Assembly: GCA_963668645.2 (NCBI GenBank)
Contig: CAXXWC010000010.1
Span: 416,001 to 480,000 of the forward strand
DNA: 64,000 nt
Source: Desulfobacterales bacterium
Lineage (GTDB): Bacteria; Desulfobacterota; Desulfobacteria; Desulfobacterales; UBA2174
Reading direction: 5' to 3'
In this document: in pieces, positions 29,120-40,195 of the stretch
How positions within the stretch are numbered: the stretch's first letter is position 1
Layout of the letters: each line of letters opens with the position of its first letter
Notes under the pieces: generated by a model
What the model was told of the DNA's origin: nothing
What the model saw: the letters and a program-made list of their open reading frames with translations, nothing else
Databases searched by the model: none
Translations under genes and position numbers: made by a program

Positions 29120-29596
29120 ATGCGCAACGATCTGTACAACGAACAGATGCTGGCATGGTGCGAAAAAAACGACCATGCAGGGACCATGGCCGATTTCGAC
29201 GCCGAGGCGACCCTTTCCAACCCCCTGTGCGGCGACCGGGTGACGATCCGATTGAAAATGGACGCAGACCGGATCGCGAAGCTCCGCTATCAGGTCAGGG
29301 GGTGCCTCCTTTGCAAGGCCTCCTGCGCCCACATGGCTGCGCTGGTCTGCGGTTTGGATGAACCGGGACTGAGAGCGCTCAAAGAAAAATTCGAAGGATT
29401 TTTACAATCAGCGCCGGGTAACAGGCTGGCAGTTTCAGTCGCCCATGAAGTCTTTTCCCCTGTGCGTTCCCGCAAGAGCCGCCACCGTTGTGTCCTGCTT
29501 CCTTACAACACCGCACTCGAAGCGCTTGAGCGATCGATCCCGGATTTTTGCCCGCATAGAAAAGCCAAATCACACAACTTTCACTGTTCGTCGTGA
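29120..29596 (+). CDS. SufU/NifU-like sulfur-transfer protein
   Basis: NPLCGDRV, GCLLCKAS, RHRCVLLP. Confidence 0.88.
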   Translation: MRNDLYNEQMLAWCEKNDHAGTMADFDAEATLSNPLCGDRVTIRLKMDADRIAKLRYQVRGCLLCKASCAHMAALVCGLDEPGLRALKEKFEGFLQSAPGNRLAVSVAHEVFSPVRSRKSRHRCVLLPYNTALEALERSIPDFCPHRKAKSHNFHCSS

Positions 29597-30177
29597 GGTC
29601 GAAGGCGGCTGCACGGTTTCCTCGCCGATGCTCTCGGGTTTCGTGTTTAATCTACAGCCTGCGGTCCTGCGCTGGGTGCCGCTGGGCTGCGAATCGATGC
29701 GACAACGGCCGCAGCAACGTCTTTAGCGGTACCGGCAAAAGTTCTGATAAGGAACATTGACAACTATCTCAAACGTCATCCCACTCCCCAACTCCCTGTC
29801 ATCTCGCTCCGCCTCCTCTCGTGCCATCCCGTTCCCCCCAGTCCCATGTCATCCCGAGGAACGGCGAGGGATCTGCAGTTGCGCCCACCGGCAGGCCAAG
29901 GGCCGCCAAGATCGAAAAATTCCCCGAGATGGAGCAGTCGCAGGACGTTGACAGGACCGTGCTTGTTGACCCTAAAGATTGGGTACCCATTACAGTTTCC
30001 TGCGTACTGTCTCAGTACGGTCAAACAGTCCCGAACATCGGATTCGCCCGAATCACCCAGGCAAGATTCACAACCGTTTACCCCGGATGCAGGTTCCTGC
30101 AGTCGATCTTGACGAGGGTCGACCGTTATCACGCGCCAGCGTGGCGTTTCACATCGCATTGACGGCCGGTAGGCGCC

Positions 30178-31614
30178 GTGACCAGAAACAGGTTCATCTG
30201 CCAATGCATCTATGACACATTGGATGGTCTCAGGGACGGGCTGTCCCACTTTTCAGGCCCCAGCCGGGCGGCGCTGATCTATGCCATCCATCGGGACGAC
30301 CCGGTTCACATCTTCGATCCGCAGAATCTGCTCCAGGGGCATGAGCCCTTTTTCCGCGAGCTGTATCTCGATTCGGATCAGTGGCGCGTCTCGGCGCCCC
30401 AATCGGCCGGGCGCCAGAAACTCTGCCATGTGGCCCCGGAAAAGAATCTCCAGCTCGCCGGGCTGATCTCCTTCGGCGGCCGATCCGGTTCGGTCTACTA
30501 TCAAATGTGGTTCACCGAACACCATCCGGACATGTGCGCCGTCGGGCCCACCGAACGATGGCTGGAGCATGCCGCCTGGTGCCTTTCCCACGACATCACC
30601 AACGAAGAGGAACTCTATACCGGGATCTCGGGCGCTTTTTTAAGAGGGTATGCCACCCATGCGGTCAGGGACCACATCATCGACGAAATGAACGTGATTC
30701 TCGGCTGGGACACCGATCTGAGGGTTTACCCGGTTCTGGATGCCATCCTCGGCATCTCGCGAACCATCGAAGAAGGCTCCTGGGCCAGGGGCCACCTGCT
30801 TTTTGTGGAGAGCAAGGTGATCCCCACCATGTCCTTTGTGGCCAAGTTTCCGGAAAACGAGCGGGTGGCGCTGAACAACTTCAAACATGTGCGCAAGCTG
30901 CTGCTGGCCGTGGAAGACTCCCGGCGCCAGCTTGTTTCCGACGGCCGGAACATCGTGGGCATCGCCGAGGATCAGCGGCCGATCTTTTCCCTTACGGCCA
31001 ACTTCTGCGGCGGCCACGGATTCCTGAGATCCACCGGCGGAGAAATATGCAGTTTTTTCGACGGCAACTTCAAATCCACCACCCGCCAGGCCAACCTGGT
31101 GCAGGTGGAAGAGATCCTGCTGGAAACCGATCTCGATTCCGCCGAAGGGACGGCCCTGTTCAAAATCATCTCCGAACTGGTCCACAGCGCAGAAACCCTG
31201 AAGCACGGATGCACCCTGGTGGTCGACTTCAACGATTCCCCGGTCTACATCTCCGGCCAGAAGATCGAATGCCCGCTGGATCTGAACCAGCCGAACCTGC
31301 TGGATCTGGCCAAATCCCTGGCTAGGGTCGACGGGGCTTTGCATATCAGCAAGGAACGCCATCTGGTGGGATTTGCCTGCCTGCTCGACGGTCGCACCGT
31401 GCCGGGCGAAGACCGGGCCAGGGGGGCGCGCTTCAACTCGGCGGTCAGATTCACCGCCGAGCATGAAGGGATTTTCGTCGTGGTGGTTTCCTCGGATCGC
31501 CCGGTTTCGGTGATCCAGGACGGCATCGAAATCTCGGCCCAATGCCAATGGAATCCGGTAACCACCTGCACGGTTTCCCCGCCGATACTCAGGGACTGGA
31601 TCAACGGGGCCTGA
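30178..31614 (+). CDS. DisA_N/DAC-domain protein, copy 2 (near-identical to 3398-4828)
   Basis: Protein matches copy 1 except at both termini and three internal substitutions (HPDD/HRDD, AWRL/AWCL, LREY/LRGY). Confidence 0.8.
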   Translation: MTRNRFICQCIYDTLDGLRDGLSHFSGPSRAALIYAIHRDDPVHIFDPQNLLQGHEPFFRELYLDSDQWRVSAPQSAGRQKLCHVAPEKNLQLAGLISFGGRSGSVYYQMWFTEHHPDMCAVGPTERWLEHAAWCLSHDITNEEELYTGISGAFLRGYATHAVRDHIIDEMNVILGWDTDLRVYPVLDAILGISRTIEEGSWARGHLLFVESKVIPTMSFVAKFPENERVALNNFKHVRKLLLAVEDSRRQLVSDGRNIVGIAEDQRPIFSLTANFCGGHGFLRSTGGEICSFFDGNFKSTTRQANLVQVEEILLETDLDSAEGTALFKIISELVHSAETLKHGCTLVVDFNDSPVYISGQKIECPLDLNQPNLLDLAKSLARVDGALHISKERHLVGFACLLDGRTVPGEDRARGARFNSAVRFTAEHEGIFVVVVSSDRPVSVIQDGIEISAQCQWNPVTTCTVSPPILRDWINGA

Positions 31615-32520
31615 GGTCGTCGTGATAGAGTCCGGCACGACGCCCTGGCCTTAGAGTCGTTTTCCTCCTGGAGGTCTCCATCGAGACCCTTGGGTGAAGA
31701 TGGGCCACAGCCTTTCAGAAAGGATGTCGGTTTGCTGGGCACGAAGCTTACCATGGAGACGGAATTGACTCGTTAATTTTGGGATGAACTGAACTACCAT
31801 TAATATTAACAGAAAACAGATATGGCATCCCATTTTTAAACACTTCGGCTGTTCACGGTGAGAGCATCATAAAATACTGTATTGAACAGTAAAAAAATCA
31901 TAATCGGATAAGGGTAAGTTGTTCTCCCCCTTGCAACACTACCTATCAGTACGTTCAATAAATGACATAACAATATGGTAACATATCCCACCCATAAGGG
32001 GAAAAGGCCATGCCCCCACAGAGGGCGGATAGCTATAACCCCAACCATGGAGTAACATCACTAATTAAAACATAATTTCAAAAAATGCTGTAAAACGTAT
32101 TGGTTTTTTAAAAAATATTTTTCAAGTGCAAATTCGGTCGAAGTCGACTCATCGCCGCAGATAAGATTTGGCGATTGGCTCACTACCTGTTGTGATCTGT
32201 TCGCAGGGTATGCAGCATTTTGTTGTGAAAAAAAGTTATAGCAAAACGCTATATGTGAAAAAATAGAACTTGTGACGGTTTTGGATATAGTGATAAATTA
32301 TTATCATGATAATTATGATAAAAGACACGCCGTATTCAACCCAACTGAATGGCCGCAGGAAACCACAAAACCGACCTCGCTTAAAACAACTCGATGCGTT
32401 TGGAATACAAAATCAAACTAAAAATAGGAAAAAATTTACGGCTATGTGATTTTTTTGTGAAAATATCAAATGTGATTTTGAACAGATATTCACAATGGTA
32501 CCCATAACAGGAGACAAACG

Positions 32521-34998
32521 ATGCAAGCATGTTGTTCCATCACGATGACGCCCCAGGAGGAGCGCCTACTGGCGAAAATTGACTCTGCAGTGCCGCATCG
32601 CGAGCGGACGTTGAAGCTGGCACGCGTCATCACCGATTCCCAGGTCAGCATGGACATCAGCCGCGGCCGACTGTTCACGGAATCGATGAAGCAAACGGAG
32701 GGACAGCCTGTGGACATGCGCTGGGCCAGGGCACTACTTCATATTGCGCAGAACATTCCGGTCTGCATCTATGACGGGGAACTACTTGTCGGCAAAGTAT
32801 GCGGTCAAATGGGACGATGCGGCATTCTGTATCCAGAGCTTGAAGGTTCTGTGATGATGGAGATCGAAACAGCCGACAGCCGGGCTGTCAGCCCGTATCA
32901 CATCGGCGCGGATGATCTGAAAATCATCAAGGAAGAAATTTATCCGTACTGGAAGGATAAAAGTTACGCACAGGCCTATGCCAACAACATGCCACCGGAA
33001 ACAAGACGTTTTTACTACGGCGACGATCCCAGTAACCACACGGTGCAGCAGGCCATTGTGGTGCAGGCCACCACAGGCCGTTCCTCGCTCAACTGGAATA
33101 TCGACTACTCAGGGTTTTTGTCGAAAGGCATTTGCGGCCTGAAGACCGAAGCGGAAAAAAAGATAGCGGAGTTCAGAAAAAATCCTTCGGACTATGTGAA
33201 ATTCGGAAACTTCTGGGAAGTCAGTCTCATGGCGTTAGAGGCCTTTTCCGTTTTTGCCCGAAGGTATGCCGAAGAAGCCCGGCGGCTGGCTGACAAGGAA
33301 CAGAATGTGGTCCGGCGCACCGAGCTGGAAACCATCAGCTTAAACTGCGCCTGGGTAGCGGAAAATCCGCCCCGCACCTTCTGGGAAGCGCTGCAAGTGC
33401 AGTGGTTCATCGTGGCCGTTTCCCGCCTGGAGCAACACATAGGCGCGGGCCTCGGCAACGGGCGCATGGATCAGTTCCTTCTTCCCTACTATCAGCGGGA
33501 CGTGAAAAACGGCATTCTCACCCGCCTTCAGGCCCGGGAACTGTTTGAATGCTTCTGGCTGAATCTGGCCCAGATTCCGATTCTCTTCACGTCCGACAAC
33601 TACGGGGCGACCCATGACGGCTTTGCCCACTTCGAAACAGTGACCATCGGCGGACAGACGCCTGACGGCAAGGACGCTACCAATGAACTCTCCTTTCTGA
33701 TTCTGGAGTCTAAGCGCGACTTCCCCATCCCCTATCCTGACTTGGCGGCACGCATCCACTCCGGCACACCGGACAAATTCCTGAAAGCCTGCTGCGAGAC
33801 GATCAAGGACGGACAGGGCTTCCCCAAGCTGATCAATGATGAGGAAATCGTCCCGCTGTATGTGGCCAAGGGCGAGAAACTCAAGGACGCCTTTGACTTC
33901 GCCTGTTCCGGCTGCACCGAAGTACGCATCGCCCAGCGGGAAAGCTACGCAAACCCCGGTCCGTTCCTCAATCTGGCGGCCATCATCGAGATGACACTGC
34001 GAAACGGTCGCCTGCTGGCGTTGGGGGACAAGCCTTTCGGCCTGGAAACCGGCAATCCTCAGGATTTCAAGACGTATGATGAATTCTTCGCGGCCCTGCG
34101 TCGGCAGTACGAATACGTGCTCTATCAGGCTATCGTGCAGCAGGCGGTAGCCGACCGGATCAAACCGGCCGTTTTGGCCGCGCCGTTCCAGTCGATCACG
34201 ACGCCGGCCTGCCGGGCGGCGTCAGTGGGCATATATGAGTACGTGCCGAACAGCTTCCGGGAAACTTACATGGATCAGGTAGGGTTCGCCACTCTGGCCG
34301 ACTCCGTCGTCGCCATCAAGAAGCTGGTGTACGAGGAAAAACAGTTTACTATGGAAGATCTCATGAAGGCCCTGGACGCCAACTTCGAAGGGTACGAGAT
34401 CATCCGCCAGCTTGTACTGCATGCTCCCAAATACGGTAACAACGACGCCTATGCCGACGCCGTAGGCCGGGAACTGGACGCCATTACAGCCGAGTTTGTC
34501 GGCAAATACCGGGGACTTCACGGCGAAATTTTCTCCAGCCGCATGGTGCCGGTGACCAACCATATCCTGGCCGGCCGCCGCATTTCCGCCACGCCCAATG
34601 GCCGCCTGCAATGGCAGTATCTGTCTGAAGGCTGCGGCGCGTCGCACGGATGCGACGTGCAGGGCCCCACGGCGGTGTTGCTGTCCAACAAGAAGATCAA
34701 GCACGAGGGCTGTACGGAACGGGCGGCGCGGCTACTCAATATCAAGCTTTCGCCCGTTGCACTGGCCGGAGAGGAAGGAACCAGAAAACTCATGAGCTTT
34801 GTACGAACCTGGTGCGACCTCAGAATCTGGCATGTGCAGTTTAACGTGATCAATCGGGCAACGCTGGAAAAGGCCAAGGCCCATCCGGAGGACTACCGGA
34901 ATCTTATTGTCCGCGTGGCCGGCTACAGCGCCTATTTCTGCGAGCTCTCCCCACAGCTTCAGGATGAAATTATCGCAAGAACGGAACATGTGATTTAG
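32521..34998 (+). CDS. Glycyl radical enzyme, IslA/HpsG (C-S lyase)-like clade, divergent
   Basis: Gly loop IVRVAGYSAYF, Cys loop SGCTE, GILYPELEG, YPDLAARIH, RAARLLNIK, RTWCDLRIWHVQFNV. Confidence 0.9.
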   Translation: MQACCSITMTPQEERLLAKIDSAVPHRERTLKLARVITDSQVSMDISRGRLFTESMKQTEGQPVDMRWARALLHIAQNIPVCIYDGELLVGKVCGQMGRCGILYPELEGSVMMEIETADSRAVSPYHIGADDLKIIKEEIYPYWKDKSYAQAYANNMPPETRRFYYGDDPSNHTVQQAIVVQATTGRSSLNWNIDYSGFLSKGICGLKTEAEKKIAEFRKNPSDYVKFGNFWEVSLMALEAFSVFARRYAEEARRLADKEQNVVRRTELETISLNCAWVAENPPRTFWEALQVQWFIVAVSRLEQHIGAGLGNGRMDQFLLPYYQRDVKNGILTRLQARELFECFWLNLAQIPILFTSDNYGATHDGFAHFETVTIGGQTPDGKDATNELSFLILESKRDFPIPYPDLAARIHSGTPDKFLKACCETIKDGQGFPKLINDEEIVPLYVAKGEKLKDAFDFACSGCTEVRIAQRESYANPGPFLNLAAIIEMTLRNGRLLALGDKPFGLETGNPQDFKTYDEFFAALRRQYEYVLYQAIVQQAVADRIKPAVLAAPFQSITTPACRAASVGIYEYVPNSFRETYMDQVGFATLADSVVAIKKLVYEEKQFTMEDLMKALDANFEGYEIIRQLVLHAPKYGNNDAYADAVGRELDAITAEFVGKYRGLHGEIFSSRMVPVTNHILAGRRISATPNGRLQWQYLSEGCGASHGCDVQGPTAVLLSNKKIKHEGCTERAARLLNIKLSPVALAGEEGTRKLMSFVRTWCDLRIWHVQFNVINRATLEKAKAHPEDYRNLIVRVAGYSAYFCELSPQLQDEIIARTEHVI

Positions 34999-35081
34999 GC
35001 TTTTTTCGCGGCGGAGCATTCCGCCGCCGCGTTTCTACAATCGTCCTTTCCGCTTGGAAGTTCTAACTGAAGGAGAAAAAA

Positions 35082-36095
35082 ATGAAACGGGTGTTCCTTT
35101 CCCTTACGGCGATGTTGCTGGCTTGCGCAGGCGTCTTTTTCACGGATTACGCACAAGCCAAGCCCCTCAAACTACGGCTTGCGTCAGTGACGACCACCAC
35201 CGACCACCTCGGCCTCGGACTGACCCGATTCAAGGAACTGGTGGAAAAAAAATCCGGCAAGTCCATGAAGGTGCAGCTTTTCATGAACGCGCAACTCGGC
35301 AGTGACCGCGTGATCGCCGAGGCCGTGCAGAAAGGCACGCTGGACATGGCACTCATCTCACAGGGCAATCTTTCTCTTTTCTGCAGCGATTTTCTTATTT
35401 TCGAATTGCCCCATTACATCAACCCCACTGCGGAAAACCGCGCCAAGCTCTATGCCTCGCTCGACAGGGGGGAACTGGGGCAGTATCTGAGAAAGCTGCT
35501 GAACAAGGTCGGTTTCGAACCCCTTTTTTATCCCGAAACCGGTATTCGCCAGCACATTTTCGGCAGCAAGAAAGTCACCGACGTCGCGGGGCTGAAAAAC
35601 GTCAAAATGCGCATTACCGACTCGGTGGTGGAGCTTGAAAATTGCAAGGCGCTGAGCATCTACCCGGTCGCCATGGGATTCGGGGAAGTGCTGACCGCCA
35701 TGCGCCAGGGGACCGTGGACGCCTTCGGGCTGCCGCTGGCCTCGCTGGCGACCATGAACAGGGATGCCGAGATCGCCAAGTACGCCCTTCTGACCAATTA
35801 TCTCTATTACATGAGCCCGGTTGTCATCAACCTGAAGAGACTCCGGTCGCTGACACCCGACCAGCAAAAAATCCTCCGCGAAGCCGCACAGGAAGCCGTC
35901 GATTTTGAACGCAAGGAACTGGACCGCCAGGAAGCCGCCGCCCGTGAGCAGCTTGTCAGGGAAGGCATGCAGATTTTCGAACTGAGCCCTGAAGAGCTCA
36001 AAAAGTTCGACGATCTCATCCGGCCGGTATGGGATAAGTTCAACGACAAGATTTCGAAGGAAACGTTCGAAGTCGTGGCGCGCGCCCTGCAATGA
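35082..36095 (+). CDS. dctP: TRAP transporter substrate-binding protein (DctP family)
   Basis: Signal peptide, FKELVEKKSG..QLGSD..VQKGTLDM, LKNVKMRI, EVLTAMRQGTVD. Confidence 0.9.
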   Translation: MKRVFLSLTAMLLACAGVFFTDYAQAKPLKLRLASVTTTTDHLGLGLTRFKELVEKKSGKSMKVQLFMNAQLGSDRVIAEAVQKGTLDMALISQGNLSLFCSDFLIFELPHYINPTAENRAKLYASLDRGELGQYLRKLLNKVGFEPLFYPETGIRQHIFGSKKVTDVAGLKNVKMRITDSVVELENCKALSIYPVAMGFGEVLTAMRQGTVDAFGLPLASLATMNRDAEIAKYALLTNYLYYMSPVVINLKRLRSLTPDQQKILREAAQEAVDFERKELDRQEAAAREQLVREGMQIFELSPEELKKFDDLIRPVWDKFNDKISKETFEVVARALQ

Positions 36096-36102
36096 CATGA
36101 AT

Positions 36103-36134
36103 CCGGGGACAGGTGGGCAGACCACCCGTCCCCG
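36103..36134. other. Intergenic stem-loop after dctP
   Basis: CCGGGGAC-AGGTGG..CCACC-CGTCCCCGG imperfect inverted repeat, no T tail. Confidence 0.45.
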
Positions 36135-36176
36135 GCGGTTTCTTCCAAAAGCCATAGTTGTGGAAGGTTCTCCCCA

Positions 36177-38032
36177 TGTTCAAGAAATGTCTGGCATGGT
36201 GCGACGAATACGCAGAAAAGCTTGTTCTCGCCATCGGCCTCCTGCTCATCATCCATATCGTTTTTCTTCAGACAGCCTACCGTTACGTGTTTTCTTCCTT
36301 CTTTTCCGGGGCTGAGGCGCTGATCTGGACCGAAGAGACCGCACGGCTCGTCTGCGTCTGGATCACCTATCTCGGTCTGCCGCTGTGCGTGAAATACGCC
36401 AAGTCCGTACGGGTGACGGTTCTCTATGAGGTGATGCCGCAGCGCATCAAGGCCGTTCTGGACAATCTGGGGGCCTTCGTATTCCTGCTTCTTTGCTACA
36501 TTATCGTAGCCAAGGGATGTACTCACATCCAGATGGTGCGGGAATTCAAGCAGGCAACGCCCATGCTGGGCCTTCCCCAGTACATCCCTTATCTGATTCT
36601 TCCCATCGCGTTTTCGCTGACCGCCATGCGGCTGTTGCAGGAGATCTGGAAAAACGTCCGTGAGTCCGGATGGCTCAACGTGTTTATCGCCGGCCTGTTG
36701 ATGGCCGCGCTTTTTGTGCCGGTATATCTGGCTGATGAGGAAGGCAACGCCGCCGTTTTCATGTTCGGGTACTTCCTGCTGTTCACGTTCCTGAGCGTGC
36801 CCCTGGGCGTGGCCATCGGCCTGGCCTGTATCGCAACCATCTGGGGCTGCGGCACGCTGCCCATCGACTACGTGGCCACCACCACCTTTACCGCCGTTGA
36901 CAGCTTTACGCTCATGGCCGTGCCCTTTTTCATCGCGGCGGGCACGTTCATGGGCGTGGGCGGGCTTTCCACGCGGCTGATCCGGCTGGCCGACGGCCTT
37001 CTCGGCAGGTATTACGGTGGAATGGCCATGGCCTCAATCCTGACCTGTATGTTCTTTGCCGCCATCAGCGGTTCCGGACCGGCCACCGTAGCCGCCATCG
37101 GCTGTATTACCATCCCGGCCATGCTGGAACGGGGCTACAGCCGGAAATTCGCCACGGCGATCGTTGCTGCGGCGGGCATCATGGGCGTCATCATTCCACC
37201 GAGCAACCCACTGCTGCTGTATGGCATCACCGCGCAGGAATCCATCGTAAAGCTGTTTGCAGGCGGTCTGGTGCCCGGAATACTATGCGGTGGCGCGCTC
37301 ATGCTGGCGGCCTACGTCATCTCCCGCAAAAACGGCTGGCGCGGCGGCGAAACCTCCCGGATGTCGAAGCGGGAACTGCTGCACGTCGCGTGGAATGCCA
37401 AATGGGCGCTGGCCGTGCCCGTGATCATTCTGGGCGGTATCTACTGCGGTATCATGACGCCTACAGAGGCGGCTGCCGTGGCGGCGTTCTACGGGCTCTA
37501 CGTAGGGCTTTTCGTCTACCGGGAAATTCGGTGGTCCAACCTGCTTGAAACGCTGACCGAACCGATCATCATTTACGCGAGCATCAACATCATCTTTGCT
37601 ATGGCCAACCTTCTTGGCAATTTACTCACCATCGAGCAGATTCCCGTGCAGTTGGCGGAATTCGTTACCAGCGTCACCAGGGACAAGTTCATGATCCTGC
37701 TACTGCTCAATCTCGGTCTGATAGTGGTAGGCACCTTCATGGAACCGCTCGGCGCCACTATCATCCTGACGCCCATTTTGCTGCCGGTAATCAAAGCTGT
37801 GGGCATCAACCCGGTTCATTTCGGGGTGATCATGACCCTCAATCTGGCCATCGGCTTCCTGACACCACCTATCGGCATGAACCTGTTCATCGCGAGTACT
37901 ATCGGCGACGTCAGCGTGGAGCAGCTGGCGCGAGGCGTGCTGCCGTTCCTGGCGCTACTTCTTGTTGTCCTTGCACTGGTGAACGTATTCCCGCAGATCA
38001 CGCTCTTTCTGCCTTCACTGATAGGCCGATAA
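36177..38032 (+). CDS. TRAP transporter fused small+large permease (DctQM)
   Basis: N-terminal DctQ-like WTEETARL..W; DctM motifs LMAVPFFI, FFAAISGSGPAT, IIPPS, TPTEAA, GINPVHFG, TPPIG. Confidence 0.92.
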
Positions 38033-38167
38033 CGAGACGGCAGACACGCCATCATTCTATGGTTTAATCCATCCCGGAAACTTGCGGAAATGCCGGCACC
38101 TCGCCCTTTGTCCGCAAACACGAGTAAAGCCAACAATCGCCTATGATTGCAATAAGGAGAACACGCT

Positions 38168-39007
38168 ATGGATTTGCATATAAACGGCAAGGTTGCCCTG
38201 GTTACGGGTGGGACCCAGGGACTCGGCATGGCCATCGTCAAGACTTTGGCTACGGAGGGTGCCAAAGTCGCTTTCTGCGGCAGGAATGAGGAAAAGAACG
38301 AAAAAGTGGCAGCCTGTTACCGTAAAAGCGGCTATGACGTTTTCCCTGTGCAGTGCGACGTTAGCGATAGCACTGCGGTAAATAACATGTTCGCGAAGGT
38401 CGCGGATTATTACGGAACGCTTGATATTTTAGTCAACAACGCGGCAACGCTCCGGTCTAACCCTCGGGGGTACGCGGATCGACTTAAATTTCTGGAACTA
38501 GTGGCCAAGCCCGGCAAGAAGTTTTCGCTGGAGATCACCAAGAACATGCCCGATGAAGAGTGGGAAGCCTTCATTCACAACAATCTTACCAGTGTCTTCT
38601 ATTGTTGCCGCGAAGCGCTGAACATCATGGAAGCCAAACAGTACGGCCGGATTGTCAACATGGCCTCCATCGCGGGACTGGCCAACAAAAGCGCGCACAG
38701 TCCCCATTATTCCGCTGCCAAGGGCGGCATTGTCGCCTTTACCCGAAGTCTGGCGCTGGAAGTGGCCGGCGCGGGCATCACCGTAAACGCCGTCGCGCCC
38801 GGCATGTGTGCCATGGAAGAACCGGGCTGGTGGGACGCGTTCCTGAAGAACATGACCCAGGAAGGGTATGAGCTCTTCCTGGAGATGATTCCACTGGGAC
38901 GGTTCAGCACCGTGCAGGAACAGGCCAACGCCGTCGCGTTTCTGGCCAGCGACGCTGCCAGCTACATCACCGGCCAGACGCTTGCCGTCAACGGTGGGAT
39001 GTTCTAG
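38168..39007 (+). CDS. SDR-family oxidoreductase
   Basis: TGGTQGLG, LVNNA, NMASI, YSAAK catalytic motif, VNAVAPG, YITGQTLAVNGG. Confidence 0.93.
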   Translation: MDLHINGKVALVTGGTQGLGMAIVKTLATEGAKVAFCGRNEEKNEKVAACYRKSGYDVFPVQCDVSDSTAVNNMFAKVADYYGTLDILVNNAATLRSNPRGYADRLKFLELVAKPGKKFSLEITKNMPDEEWEAFIHNNLTSVFYCCREALNIMEAKQYGRIVNMASIAGLANKSAHSPHYSAAKGGIVAFTRSLALEVAGAGITVNAVAPGMCAMEEPGWWDAFLKNMTQEGYELFLEMIPLGRFSTVQEQANAVAFLASDAASYITGQTLAVNGGMF

Positions 39008-39090
39008 CCATAAGCGGTCGCACATCCGAAACCATCCGAACAAGCAACCGTACGTCACAGCGGTTTTCACCAACGCAACGGAGGAGCACC

Positions 39091-40023
39091 GTGAAACAGG
39101 ATAGGGAACACGGCTTGGTTTTTAATATCCAGAAGTTCTGCGTCCATGACGGTCCCGGCATCAGGAGTATCGTTTTTTTCAAGGGATGCCCGCTGTCCTG
39201 CAAATGGTGCTCCAATCCTGAAGGCATTTCGGCCTACCCCGAACTCGCCTACAAGAAGAGCAAATGTATCACGATGGAAAAGTGCGGCCTTTGCGTCAGG
39301 GCCTGCCCCCGGAACGCCATCGCTGCGGACACCGAAGGGCGGGCGACTATCCGGCGGGAAGTCTGCGATGCCTGCATGGCCTGCGTTGATGCCTGTCCGG
39401 CCAAAGCGATCGAGCGCATGGGGCGGCTCATGACCGTGGAGGAAATTCTGGAGGAGATCACCTCCGATGCAGCTTTTTTTGCCCGTTCCGGCGGTGGCAT
39501 GACCCTCAGCGGCGGCGAACCGCTTTTGCAGGCGGAATTCGTGACCTCGCTGCTGCTGCAGGCCCGTGCTGAGGGACTGGAAAGCGCCATCGAAACCACC
39601 GGATGCGTGCCGTGGGAGCAGGCGGAACCGGTCTTTCGAGAACTGGACTTCATCTATTTTGATCTGAAGATGCTGGACCCGGTCAAACACCGGACCTTCA
39701 CCGGACGTTCCAACGAACGCATTCTGGAGAACTTCAAACGGCTCTGCGTCCAGTTCGGAGACAAGCCTATCGTCGCACGCACGCCGGTCATTCCCGGAGT
39801 CAACGATACTGTCGATGATATTCAACGAATCGCCGACTTTATCGGCGAAGCCGGGAAGCACGCGGCGAATCTCCGTTATGAGCTGCTGCCGTTCCATAAT
39901 TTCGGCAGTTCGAAGTACGAATTCCAAAACAAGGCGTATCTGTTCGAAAACGAAAGCAATATGGATAATGCGTTTATCTCCGTGCTGAAACAGCAGATCA
40001 ACGCCTCCGTGCCTTTAATTTAG
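39091..40023 (+). CDS. Glycyl-radical enzyme activating protein (radical SAM with ferredoxin insert)
   Basis: HDGPGIRSIVFFKGCPLSCKWCSNPE, two ferredoxin Cys clusters, GGMTLSGGEP. Confidence 0.95.
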   Translation: MKQDREHGLVFNIQKFCVHDGPGIRSIVFFKGCPLSCKWCSNPEGISAYPELAYKKSKCITMEKCGLCVRACPRNAIAADTEGRATIRREVCDACMACVDACPAKAIERMGRLMTVEEILEEITSDAAFFARSGGGMTLSGGEPLLQAEFVTSLLLQARAEGLESAIETTGCVPWEQAEPVFRELDFIYFDLKMLDPVKHRTFTGRSNERILENFKRLCVQFGDKPIVARTPVIPGVNDTVDDIQRIADFIGEAGKHAANLRYELLPFHNFGSSKYEFQNKAYLFENESNMDNAFISVLKQQINASVPLI

Positions 40024-40195
40024 GGCAAACCGGGGTTCGACCGCCTCCGATAGAGGCAGTATACCGCGATTCCGTTTGACTCGCGGTGTTCATCGCCACT
40101 TGAAAGCCGTATCCGTTCTGCATTATAAGTTTTAAAAGACCGTACATCATGTTTAGATACGGTTAAGAAATACGGCAGACGGGGAAACTGGCGAC

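Noticed and set aside
29757..30162. ORFs upstream of DAC copy 2 and a REP-like GTCATCCCGAGGAACGGCGAGGGATC motif
   Set aside because: The ORFs have no recognisable motifs, and the palindromic motif occurs once in the window, so a repeat family cannot be supported.
31651..32048. Two short hydrophobic minus-strand ORFs (possible decayed membrane sensor)
   Set aside because: No family motif; hydrophobicity can come from AT-rich composition alone.
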